20,000 nucleotides of DNA, from NCBI GenBank assembly GCA_008632985.1, contig QPGO01000151.1, positions 176,553 to 196,552 of the forward strand, in the 5' to 3' direction. Positions within the stretch are counted from its first letter, which is position 1; every line of letters begins with the position of its first letter. Positions 1 through 11,260 of the stretch are shown here, piece by piece. The position numbers and the translations under genes are program-made. Origin of the DNA: Psammoneis japonica (taxonomy: Eukaryota). Under the pieces are notes generated by a model. That model was not told the origin of the DNA. It saw only the letters and a program-made list of their open reading frames with translations, and ran no database searches.

Positions 1-128
1 TGCAACAGTGGATTGGATGCCAGTTGTGAGCACTTGTTCAAATTTTACAGGTTGGAAAGTTCCGGACATGACATTGAGGAAGGCAGAGGGGTGAGAGCAA
101 GATGATGAGCAAGGGTCAAGACAAAAAC

Positions 129-190
129 ACCAAACCCCAGCAAGCTCCAATTGCTGGAAAACCAAACCCCAGCAAGCTTTCATTGCTGTT
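129..190 (+). repeat. Two-copy 32-bp-period tandem repeat
   Basis: ACCAAACCCCAGCAAGCT at 129-146 and 161-178, each followed 3 nt later by ATTGCTG. Confidence 0.8.
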
Positions 191-318
191 GCGCCCTTGG
201 CCAAACGATGCTCTGGATTGGTGGGCACAGAGGGATGGCCAAGAGCATGGGGGCCCAGATGGCAAAGCAAAGACAGGAAGTTCCAGTCGCAAGCCTCCCA
301 AAAATGCAATGTGGAGTG

Positions 319-359
319 TTTGGGCTGCAGCCCTTTTGGCAGCATGGCTGCAGCCCAAA
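319..359. repeat. Perfect 14-bp inverted repeat with 13-nt loop
   Basis: TTTGGGCTGCAGCC (319-332) and GGCTGCAGCCCAAA (346-359). Confidence 0.85.
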
Positions 360-546
360 AAATAAAATCAGCTTGTGATTTGAACAATCTGGCATGCAAT
401 GAGTGGCAGCGCCATTGTTCTTCACACACATCATGCAACATAGAGTGGACGCACAATGTGAAGCTGCAAACGATGAAAACTGCCATTCAAACAAAATGCA
501 AAATTCATCAATTGATGTTTGAAACTGAGCAATTTGAAAATTGTAA

Positions 547-746
547 AAAATGTTGGGAACATCATCCGCATGGTTGTTGTGTTTGAATTTTCTTGTGATG
601 CATGACAAAAAAAAATGCATCAGAACTGAGATTTCCAGCACGGTGTGCGAGAATGTTCAAATTAAAATCAAGAATTTTTTGGCATGATGGGCAAGAATGT
701 CATGTGCGCATTCAAACACGATGTCAGATTGTTGCCCTGCCAGATG
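547..746 (+). repeat. Dispersed repeat, copy A (partner of 16682-16860)
   Basis: Aligns by eye to the reverse complement of 16682-16860, including identical AGAATGTTCAAATTAAAATCAA and CGATGTCAGAT..TTGCCC.GCCAGATG. Confidence 0.9.
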
Positions 747-1839
747 CAATGGCAGTGATTTTATGATTCAATGTGTTTTTGAGCAGAGTGGTGAATGGCA
801 AACACACTTCTGATTCAGACGTGTTCCAGCTCCAGGTGGGACCTCGTGCTGCTGAACTGTGACATCAATGGTTTTTTGGGTCACACCACATGTGGCGCAC
901 GCAGATGGCTGCATGTGACATGCTGCAAAATTCTTTCACACTCCCTGTTTTGCAAAGCCAAAGGCTTTCTATTTTCAACATTTGCAAGAGCAAAAATGCG
1001 CTGGGCACATTCTTCAATGTCTGCAGAACACACCCAGGCAAACTGTCAATGATGTGCTTCAAGTGTGAAGGAGGAGATGTGTTCGTAAAATTGCCTCTTT
1101 TTCTGTTGGTGATCATTTGCATTTTCATTGCTTGACAAATTTACTGTGGAGCTCGTGTGCAGAATTCTGCGAGCCAAATGTCGCACCGAGTCCCACCTGG
1201 GACTGGAGCCCATCTTCAACACAGTTTTGTGCCTTGTCCACCAAGACCACAGCCTCCTCCTTGCACTGTTCCAACTCCTCAACAAAGTTGACACAGATTC
1301 TTGTTAAAATGTGTTCGAGTTCTTAAAGAAGCACACATTCCTTCCTTCCCCCTCACAAGTTGACCGCCAAGCTGGCGCAGCAGCCAGCGCAGTTTTTGTT
1401 CCAGTGCCTCAGCAAGCACTGACATGAACTGAACAATGAGGATTCACCTTTTGAGTGATCTTGTCAATGAGTTCCTGATGTTGCACCATGAACTGCCTGT
1501 GACCGACATCCGAGGATTCAAAAGATTCCTGCTGATGCATCGACTGCACCTGAGCATCATGTTTTGCTTGCAAATCCATCGTCATGTTGCCAACAAAGGG
1601 TGCTTTGTTTGGTTGCATTTGAATGCCACCATCTTGCTTGCATTTGAGCATCAGCTGCAAAACAGTCCTCTCCCTTGATGAATGAACATCAAGACAGGTG
1701 GGTCCTGACACCAGCTCTTCATGAGCTCCGTGAGCCATCATGCTCTGGCGAGTCGACGCATGCACACACACTGATGACACTGCATCACACGATGGCACAG
1801 CTGAGATTGATGTGCTCTGTGAAAATTTCAATGTCGTGT

Positions 1840-2269
1840 CAACAGGAATCATTCGAAAATGTCGTGTGGGTCACAATTGATGTTTTGCATGAGTGAAAAC
1901 ACAAAATCGTGCAGAAATGCACACAAAGTCATGCGAGAGAGTGATTGGAGCTGACAACTTTTCGGGAACTGAATTGAAATGCTGTCTGATTGATGGTGTT
2001 GGCCTTCACTGTGTGAATCAAAATGCCATCAATCAGACGGCATTTCAATTGATTTCCCGAGAAGTTGACATTCACACATGGATGGATGGACAGACTGATG
2101 ACAATTGTTTTCAGTGCTCTCCTGCACAATTTTCACGTGATGACTCTCAGGACCCGAATGATTCCTGTTGCTGACAAGATGTTTCTATTTTGTTGCAGGC
2201 ACTCTGCAACAGAGAGCAGTTGTTCTCTTTGTGCTTGGTTCAGATTGCAATGGGAATCTTTCGAAAATG
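1840..2269. repeat. Nested foldback/MITE-like inverted-repeat structure
   Basis: Inner 46-bp arms 1955-2000/2022-2067; middle arms 1903-1914/2122-2133; perfect outer 16-bp arms CAACAGGAATCATTCG 1840-1855/2155-2170; diverged direct copy of the outer motif at 2248-2269. Confidence 0.8.
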
Positions 2270-2360
2270 ACCCGTGACGTAAAAAGCACAAAACAGCTGT
2301 GGACACCTGCAGAATCTACATGTTTTTGTGCTGAAACTGTTATGTTCACACAATTTGTGC

Positions 2361-2453
2361 AAAAATAGACTTGACTGTTATCGGGTCAGGTGTATTTTTG
2401 CAAATGCATTGAAGAAAAATACACCTGATCAGAAAACAGTCAAGTCCATTTTT
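2361..2453. repeat. 39-bp inverted repeat (4 mismatches, 15-nt loop) at the edge of the TA-depleted domain
   Basis: AAAAATAGACTTGACTGTTATCGGGTCAGGTGTATTTTT (2361-2399) pairs with 2415-2453. Confidence 0.9.
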
Positions 2454-3220
2454 CGCAAAGTTAAAATTCACTAAGGACAGACAGACAGACTTTTCAATAA
2501 TTATCTTGGTACTGTTCTACACATTTCTACGTAAATGACTCTACAGCGCGAAAGATTGCTATTGAGATGTTTCTGCTGCAAAAAGTCTGTCCATCGTGAG
2601 CAAGCGACAACTCATCAATCGATATTTTCAAGAACTTATAATATTTATGCTTATTAATTGCCGGAAATTCCCACCCAAATTTGTATTCATATCTTAATTT
2701 GTCAAATTGATACTCCTACCAATGCTGATTTACGTGGCCATCTAGTACTAATGTACGCAACGGCGATCACGCACATGTATTATGTGATATTACATCACGA
2801 TGGTTTCTTAATGAACGTAGAACTGAAAAAATGTTGACCACGTAGGTTCCTACGTGCTATGTACAGAAGATGTACTGCACAGTACCGGCATGCAACCCTG
2901 CCGCCAGCCTGACCTGCTTGCCATGCACGCTTCTCACAGTTCACCCCTCGCGAAAATTGCCACGCACACGCAAACCCACAGACACAATGCTGACAAAGCC
3001 GTTCGGATCCGGACGTTGAACGAGAGGAGAGTGTTTTGCCACGATAGATTCATAAACCAAGAACGACCAAGTCCCGGTTCCAGTTGCTCTTCTAACGCGA
3101 AGAACGACGCTCAACTGTTCTAAATCGATTCGTATTGACGTTGTATCAACCGACGAAAAGTTTGTTGCACACACGAACACTCGATAGATCGCCGAATTCA
3201 AATCTATAATAGTACACACC

Positions 3221-5167
3221 ATGGCACGCACGCACGGTCGCCTTCGTCGCCTGCTCCGACCCAAGTCTTCGCGAGAGATGGAGAAGGCACTCCGTTCTGT
3301 GGCAATCGATTCTGTTCCATCTGAAGAAAGCACTCTCCCAGAATCAGAAGTTTGTTCCACTTCCAGCACCGGAGGTCTTTCGCAAGCGGATTCAGACGAA
3401 GACCTCTTTGAGCTATCCACCACCAACGACCCTTATGCAGATGTCCGTGAACGCATGGAAGAATTGGCAGCAGAGGACAAGGCCATGTTTGCCAATCACG
3501 ACGCTACAAAAGAAGCAGAAGCGCATCACGCTGCAGAGCCTTCGATCCCGTCCTTTGCTGCGTACACAACCTATCTCGGTTACGCTGTGTTGATTATCTG
3601 CGGGCACATTCGTGACATTTGCGCTCGCCTTATTCGAACCGGCCGTTATCTTCGTCGGCATACGGACTTTCCCAGTGACGACCTGACCAAGTACGCGACT
3701 CTGCTCAAGAGCTGGGAGAACTTTTACACGAGGCGGCTCTATCACCGAATTCAGGACTGCTTTAACCGTCCCATTGCTTCGAGACCTGGTGCCCACATTC
3801 AAGTGCTGGAGCGTGTCTCTGCGGATGGAAACAAAACCATGGAGCTGTTGGGGCAGCTCGATAACCTTGAGACGGAGCAGCAGAGACGAGAGTACTCGGA
3901 GGGATCGCATTTTCATACAGTTTCTGAAGGTCGTGTGGCGAGGTCTTGCCTCAACTTGGGTAGTTACAACTACCTTGGTTTTGCCGACGACTGGGATATC
4001 ACTTGCCGAAACGACGTCATGGGCTCTCTCAAGCAACTCCCGGTTAGCACAGGCTCTAGCAGAATTGAATTCGGAACAACGGCCTTGCACCGCGAGGTGG
4101 AGGAACTGGTGGCTGGCTTTGTAGGAAAGGAGGATGCCATGGTACTCAATATGGGGTTCAACACGAATGCCACCACGATCCCGGCGCTTGTATCGAGGGG
4201 TGATTTGCTCATTTCGGACGCACTCAATCACACGAGCATTGTGAATGGTGCTCGCGCTTCGGGTGCGTCTATTCGTACGTTCCGCCACAATGACATGACT
4301 CACTTGGAAAAGATTCTCCGCGAAGCCATTGTCATGGGAATGCCCCGAACAAGACGTCCCTGGAACAAGATTCTTGTCATTGTGGAAGGAATATACTCCA
4401 TGGAGGGCGAATACTGTGACTTGAAGAATGTCGTTCGCATTTGCAAAAAGTACGGTGCCTACATTTACCTCGATGAAGCCCATTCGATTGGCGCCATGGG
4501 ACCAACTGGACGAGGCTGCGCTGAGTACACGGGAGTCAATCCGGATGACATTGATATCATGATGGGCACCTTTACAAAGAGCTTTGGTGGCATGGGCGGG
4601 TACATTGCCGGAAGCAAGGACGTGATTTCCTTTCTGAGGCGGAAATGTGCTGGTAGCTCATACCACAACTCGCTTAGTCCAGTGGTTTGTCAACAGATTA
4701 TCTCCAGCTTCAAGGTATGTGTCATGGTTCTGTGTTGTATGCGACTACTGTGATTATGATTTTCGCGTTGACTAACTAAATTTTATTATCTACGTTTTCA
4801 GGTCATTATGGGACAAGACGGTACCAATATCGGAAAGCAGAAGCTCCAGGCACTTCGCGATAACTCCAACTACTTTCGCATGCGCCTAACAGACATGGGC
4901 CTTCACGTTCTCGGCCACTATGACTCACCCATTATGCCCGTCATGTTGTACAACCCAACAAAGATTGCTGCGTTTTCCCGCGAGTGTCTCAAGCGAGGAC
5001 TTGCCGTGGTTGTCGTGGGTTTCCCTGCCGTTCCCATTCTCATGTCGCGGGCCAGGTTCTGCATCTCGGCTGGGCATACCCGAGAGGACTTGGACAGGGC
5101 TCTCCACGAGATTGATGAAATTGCAGATATCCTCAAACTGAGGTATGCTCGTTCTACGTTTGGCTGA
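3221..5167 (+). CDS. LCB2: Serine palmitoyltransferase catalytic subunit 2; exons 3221-4714 and 4802-5167, ~619 aa
   Basis: Motifs [48 protein letters not shown]-lysine [24 protein letters not shown]. Intron 4715-4801 (GTATGT..ACTAAC..CAG) joins FK|VIMG in frame. Confidence 0.96.
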
Positions 5168-5399
5168 GCTACACACCAAGTGCAATTCCACGGTCAGACA
5201 CGACTATGGTGCTCTACAATTCTTAATCTTTTATTGCCTGCAAGAGCTCGCTGTCTTGTGTAATTGTTTTATAATGAAAGCAGTTGTTTGTATCTCGTTA
5301 ACGCTCTGTCGTCTGATTACCGAATAACGAACGAACATACATGCTTAAAGAGGTACGCCTGATCTGAGTGAAAGAGAAGTCCTCAGGTGAGCTCTCATT

Positions 5400-5520
5400 C
5401 CTATTAGTCTCTACGCAGGCTTGCAGTTTGGTCAAGTGGTTGAGCACCACCACTATGCTAGGTAGACTGTAGACTGCTAGAGTAGTCTACCCTAGTCTAC
5501 TAGCTAGAAGTAGCTAGCGC
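5400..5520. repeat. TAG/CTA-rich low-complexity intergenic patch
   Basis: ...GCTAGGTAGACTGTAGACTGCTAGAGTAGTCTACCCTAGTCTACTAGCTAGAAGTAGCTAGC. Confidence 0.7.
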
Positions 5521-5787
5521 TCTTGACCGACAACTCCATCTTACTCTACCGTTAATGCCGGATGATGGTGGTGATGGGAGTGCACAGTGCGCGCGACGAA
5601 GAATGAACGACCACGCGACCACCGCCCGACACGTCAGTTTTTTTCGTTTGCTGGGCAAGCAAAATGTGAACAGCGGCTATGATATCGATTGGGGACGAAA
5701 TTGAAAATAAACGCATTTTTGTGCGGCATCGGTGCCTCAATCCTGTTGACTTTGCCTGACGATAGTTTTCAGATAGAGAGAATAGCC

Positions 5788-6416
5788 ATGCTGAACTACG
5801 CTCCAACACTTTTGCTTCTACTTGTCTCTCTCATCGGAGGGAGCAATGCATTCTTTGGTTCTGTGGGTGCAGGCGGAAAGCCTTCGGTTTCATCGCCTCA
5901 AGCCGATGAGGCCGTAGCGATTTACGGGGAGAAGTATCCGTTCGACCAGCCGGCGAAGGAGGGGAACTCACTTGCTAGTTTTGGCATGCCCAGCAAAAAA
6001 ACCTACGGACCAGAGGCGCGCCGTCGATTCACAGACAAGAGCGAAGCGGCAGTCCGTGCTACCTTTGCGGAGCTTGCCAAGAACTATGGCACCGACAATG
6101 CTCTGGAAATGGTGAAAGTCATGCCCACGTGCTTGGCTTTTAACAAGGACAACTTTGCACCTTCGCTAGCCAACTTTGGAGAAATCTTTGGTGAAGAAGA
6201 GGCGCAGCAAATGGTTCAACGCAATCCAGGTTTGCTGGCAGTAAAACCCGCGGATGCAGCCACATCCACTGAACAGACAATGGTATTTTCTTACATTGTG
6301 GGTGTGACACGTCCGGTAGGGGGGATTCTATTGGGTGCTTTGGCCATTGCCCTTTGTCGTTACCAGTCGAAGCGGTGACTGGAGTATCGCTTCGTTCCGT
6401 CATCTTTGGACAATAG
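5788..6416 (+). CDS. Putative plastid-targeted protein of unknown function with C-terminal TM helix; apparent 1-nt frameshift near 6354
   Basis: ATG 5788 gives hydrophobic signal peptide MLNYAPTLLLLLVSLIGGSNA followed by F (ASAFAP-like). As given, the ORF stops at 6378; adding one T to the TTT run yields ...ALAIALLSLPVEAVTGVSLRSVIFGQ* ending at 6416. Confidence 0.75.
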
Positions 6417-7125
6417 ACACAGACGACGCTCATGTGAAAGCCTATACTGCTCACGCAAGGCAAAACTTATAATTCGATAATTCCATAGGATTGAAGATAC
6501 CGGTTTTTGAAAAGGCAGTTGACTGCAGTTCTAGAGAGAGGAAATCTTCTTACCGGTATATTCTCTACTGGAAGCTTCAAAACATTGGAAGTTGTGATTG
6601 CGTGTAGGTAAGAGAGAGAGAGAGAGGAAATAAACAACACTATTACATGCCAGTGGTATGGTACTGTACCGTCCGTTTCAGCTCTCTCGCTCTCTCCACT
6701 GATCTTGTGAGAAGATGGAAGGGGATATTTCCTGCAACCTCAGATTCTGAATATTTTAATTTCTTTTCACATTTCATGTGTGTTAAATAGAAATATTTAT
6801 TACATAAATACCTTGTAGATTGGACAAAGTAGTTCTGTTACGAACTTATATACTATTATAGATGGAATAAGGATTAATATGGCAATTGGACATTAATATA
6901 GATATTCGTAGGCATAGGTGAACAAACCCTGCTCTGACGTTGTCTGAATTTTTTCGAAAAAAGAGTCGGGAACAAACACGGAACAACAAGATCGAATGAA
7001 AACAGCCGTGACACGAACGTCGTCAGCGCTGCTCATTCCACCCCAAAGAAATTCTCACTCCTCGCAACTCAGTGTACGAGTAGAGAAAAACTTGGCTGCT
7101 TTTCCTTTAAACATCACTATCGAGA

Positions 7126-8097
7126 ATGGCTTCGCATCTGCCAGAAGCAAAAAGCTGTTCATCGCAGAAGTTCAACGATATGCATGATAGCGAGTTGACC
7201 TCACCAACTGTTACTGATGCGGGGAGCGTCTCGGATGATGACGGGAGTGGGGGGTGGTTTGGAATCGGTGCCGACCTCAAGACCTTCGCCAGATCTATCA
7301 AAAGCTCCGTACCGAATGCCATTGATGGGATCGCAACGGCTATATCGAAATCCGCCATGGCAGTCGCAGCGGAGTTCAGTGAATTGGAAAGGGATGCTGA
7401 AATAGAAGCGAAGCGGTGGAGGGAGGAAAATTATGGGACGTCGCAGGATCAAGAGGCGGGCGTAACGTTACAGCTGCCTTGGGAGATACAACGTGGTGAT
7501 TCATTGGATACCTTGGTCGAAGACACGGTGCTCAAAATGAAGATTCTTAATCTTAGTCGTGATGAAAACATGTTTTTGAAGCCTTTCAGTGTTTCCGCCG
7601 CATCTGATGGCCGCACGACTTGTGGCAAGGCTGACTTTGTGCTTGACGAAGCAAGAATCGACCTCATCAGGCGTCTGTTAGCAATTGATGAAAGTCTTGC
7701 AACCGTGCACGCCAGACTCTCAGGTGAGAATTGTAACAAAACATGTCAGCAGTGATCAATTCTCTCCAATTATTTGGACCAACACTTTACCCTTGTTTCG
7801 TCCCGTACATCAGGCCGTAGCGATGTCAAGGAAGCTGTTTTCTGGAAAAACTATTTTCATCATTGCGAAAGACTTCGAAAAGAGCACCTTACCAAGAGAA
7901 GACCTAGCCAAGCAATCACATCGGGCTCCTCATTGGGATCCTTAACAGCCGTACGCAGCTGTGGTGAAGACGACGCCGCGTCGTTTGTTATAGCAAGCCC
8001 ACCTCAAAGTATGAACAGTGTTCTTTCCACTCACTCAGTTGGGGATATGGTGCTTGTTGGTGGTATGGAGGCACTTGACACACACGATGAAAAATAG
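7126..8097 (+). CDS. BSD-domain protein; exons 7126-7723 and 7814-8097
   Basis: Phase-1 intron 7724-7813 (GTGAGA..CAG) gives LLAIDESLATVHARLSG|RSDVKEAVFWKNYFHHC, with the BSD FWxNYF signature. Confidence 0.85.
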
Positions 8098-8358
8098 GAA
8101 GAATGGGAGAGTTCTCTCGAGGAGAATTCATACGAGTAGCAGTTAATCTCACTCTCTACTAGAGTGACGCCAAGATAAGAGTCTGATGTTTTTCCTACTT
8201 CTCGATTCTGCTTTTGCCGTAAACCTAGAGAGCAGCACTTAATCTCACTTGGAGAGAGTGGTGTCAAGATGAGGAACTCAAATTGTTTGAAATCAGTTGT
8301 TCTCGATCATGTGTTGCTCGTCGCGCCTGTGCAACCCACGTGAATTTCAGCAATTGTA

Positions 8359-8790
8359 TCCTTCGTTCGAGAGAGAAGAAAGACAAAGGCTATTATATCC
8401 GGTAGGTGCGATAGGCAACATTGGTAGGCATTACCAAGGAGCTTCGTTGCGGCCACATTAACAGTTCTTGGTCCCCGAGGAGTCGTCATTCCGTTGCGAA
8501 AACAGAAGCTAAGATACTGAGGCGAAGCTGTTTGGCGAGAGAAGGCCACTATTACCCTCAATGCAGTACAGTAATGTAGAGTATAAATCCTTCGTTCAAG
8601 AGAGAAGAGAGAGAAAGGCCATTATATCCGGTAGGTGCGATAGGCCACATTGGTAGGCATCACCAAGGAGCTTCGTAGCGGCGACAGTAACAGTTCTTGG
8701 TCCCCGAGGTCATTCGGTTGCGAAAACAGAAGCTGCTATAATGTTTGGCGAGAGAAAGTCACTATTATCCCGGATGCAGTAGAGTATAAA
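8359..8790. repeat. Diverged tandem duplication (8359-8587 and 8588-8790) downstream of the CCT gene
   Basis: Both units begin TCCTTCGTTC.AGAGAGAAGA, share ATTATATCCGGTAGGTGCGATAGGC and TAACAGTTCTTGGTCCCCGAGG, and end GTAGAGTATAAA. Confidence 0.92.
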
Positions 8791-8810
8791 GGTAACGAGG
8801 CGAAACTCAT

Positions 8811-10674
8811 TTATGTTAAACTCATTAGATCCCGCATGAGTAACTCGTCTTCCTTCTTAACAAAACGACCTTTTACTCGAAGTCGACTGTCCGCGAAATT
8901 CTTCCTCACGTCATATTTGACAGTCTTTGTCCAAACGCGATGATTTCTTTTAGCCAGGAAGCGCTCAATCCTAATTTTTCTGCTTTCAGGAGAGTATGCA
9001 CCAATCCACCCATCTGGGCGTTCTACTTCAAGCAGTCCATGAATATCCATTGATGTTCTCAAGTTGGGGTCGCTCATTGATCTTGGGCGGCCTAGGCCAG
9101 ATGCATTCTCCTTCCTCTCTTCTTCTTCAACTCTTTTATCCTGCTTTGCTTTTGCAGCCGCCTTCTTATCCTTCCGCTCCTGCTTCTCGCGTGCCTCCCT
9201 CTCTTTTCTTTCCCGCATGTTCTGCTCTCGCTTTTCTTTCTTCTCTCTCTTCTCCCTCTCCTTTTGTTCTTTCTTGGCGAGTTTCTCACGTCGACGCTCA
9301 GCTGCCAGTTCACTTTTAGTCTTTATCCTAGATTCGCTCTTTGATCTACCGTATTGCGCAAGGCTTGCCCCGATACCGCCCTCGCCTGGATGTGACGGGC
9401 TGCCGCCGGTTACGTTCAGACCCACCATGCCTCCATAAGGGTTTGCCCTTCTAGCTCTGACACATGGGTGATGCACCATCGCCCAAGAATCGGCGGTCGA
9501 CCCAACCACCATAACCATCACGCCCATCCTGTGACGACGGGGTTTCTCCCAAGAGACCACCAAACGCCAACGAGTTCGATCGAAAACGTTGTTGCTCTTC
9601 GAGAATGGTGGGAGACGGATCAATGTGTCCCGATCCAAAAGCTTGCGGCGGCAGCTTGAGGTACTCATCACTTTGGCTAGTAAAATCCCCATTGAACTCC
9701 AAATCCCCAATTCCGTCGTCTCCTTCATAAGCAGATGGTGAAACCATGTTGGGTTGAGCTTCTTCCACCGGATTGTGCTTCTGCTGCGTGACCTGCCCTG
9801 GATCTATTGGAATAGGATTTGAGTGGGTACTCTTTGAAGCAATCCCCAGATGTGACAATATATCTGCATCCGGTGCCCCAGGATGACTCGGCATGTCCAT
9901 ACCGGCGCAGAGATCGTCATCTACAGTCAGAAAATCCAGATCCAAATCATCCAACAAGTTAATGTCAGCTGAAGCGCGATTCAACAGCTTTCCACTCGTG
10001 ATCATGTTTTCGAGAGTGCTCTTGTCTCCCCGTTCATACTTGTCTAGAGCAGACTGTAGATCCTCGTCACCTGAAATAATGAGATCTTTGAGAATAGCCT
10101 TCTGGTGTTGGTCGATGAGTCCTGCGTCTTCCAGTTCCGCAGCAGACCGCAGTCGTCCAGAAATGCTCTGAGGAAACGAGAAACACAAAATGATATTTTA
10201 AGCACGAAATCAAGCAAAAGTTCATGACAACGAAAGCCGAAGATCTGAATTACTTACACCACTTCGCGCACGCTTTCCAAAATGTTGCGCTTCATAAGAA
10301 GACGGGGCGAAGGTCGGAGGAGTGTGCGACAACGGATCCATAATCCCACTGAGAAAAGCACTTCCAGAAGAACCGGCAGATCCAGATTGAAACTCGGGGT
10401 TGTTGGGTGTCGGTATCGGCTTCGAGGCTGGTGGTCGTGTCGGCATTGGCCTTCCAACAGGAATGGGCTCCGTGGTACTCACGGCCGTTTGAGTGGGACC
10501 CGATGTACTAATATTGCCATAACCTTCATCCTCGTTGTTCATCGCAGCAACCATATGCGCAACGGTCATGTCCACTCCAGACGACTCGTCAATGTTGAAC
10601 CCCAAGGAAGAGTACTCATCGTCGGTGTGCGAGCTGCCGAGGCGCTCTGCGGACCCTTTCAAATCAGCGCTCAT
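8811..10674 (-). CDS. CCT-domain (CONSTANS/CO-like/TOC1) protein; exon 1 10674-10258, exon 2 from 10167, apparent frameshift near 9445-9470
   Basis: C-terminal WIGAYSPESRKIRIERFLAKRNHRVWTKTVKYDVRKNFADSRLRVKGRFVK is a CCT motif, preceded by a K/E/R coiled coil. Intron 10168-10257 (GTAAGT..CAG) joins RARSG|SISGRLRSA. Confidence 0.88.
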
Positions 10675-11260
10675 CACTGAATTCTCTCTCTCGTGATGTC
10701 GCTTCGTGTCTCAACGGTACCGGTAGGCTTTCTGCTTTCTCCGAAATTACGTGATCAAAGATTGCTTTTCTGTGAATGCAATAGTGTGCAATCGAGATAG
10801 ATTGCGTTGTTCTTGTCAGTTCCAGTTATGATAATGCTATAGGCTTGCTCTACATACCGAGTGGGATTGATTCTTGAAGGGTTGATTGAGGGGGTCGACG
10901 CGGTCAACCATGAGCGTGTTGCCGGCTGTTCCGATCGATGAAAATACCACGCGGGATGCACCGATACCAGAGTTTTACGTGGCGTTCTACAGGGTTCAGA
11001 ATTTGATAGTGATTTGGTCCAATATGAATGAAATTTCATCAAAGTTCTGGGCCATAAATAAATCTAAATGTTCTGACTCCTCACTGAGTCACTGTTTTCT
11101 GATTTCGTTAAGTAAATATAACTTTTATTGCTTCATACAAATATATGAATAATGACATTTCCGAAATCACCTTTTCCCGCCAAAGCAACTCACAAAAGAT
11201 GCCAAAAAAACCAACGCAACATTATTATTATTTGAACATACAGTAGTGGCGAACTTGACC

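Larger units (their letters stand above)
1..2340. mobile_element. Decayed repeat/transposon-derived domain, TpA-depleted and TG/CA-rich
   Basis: About 15 TA in 2340 bp by hand count, none in ~1330-2180. Contains several inverted repeats and a ~190 bp element shared with the right flank. ORFs are open in all frames, nearly lack Tyr and match no family I recognise. TE origin is inferred. Confidence 0.7.

Noticed and set aside
1..2368. Many overlapping 60-150 aa ORFs in all six frames
   Set aside because: Artefact of TAA/TAG loss; Tyr-poor, C/H/Q-rich and with no recognisable domains.
3413..4483. 356-aa minus-strand ORF
   Set aside because: Antisense shadow of LCB2.
6611..6698. (GA)n followed by a (CT)n-like tract
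   Set aside because: Common microsatellite with no further structure.
8359..8790. CRISPR-like array
   Set aside because: Only two long diverged units, no repeat-spacer pattern, eukaryotic context.
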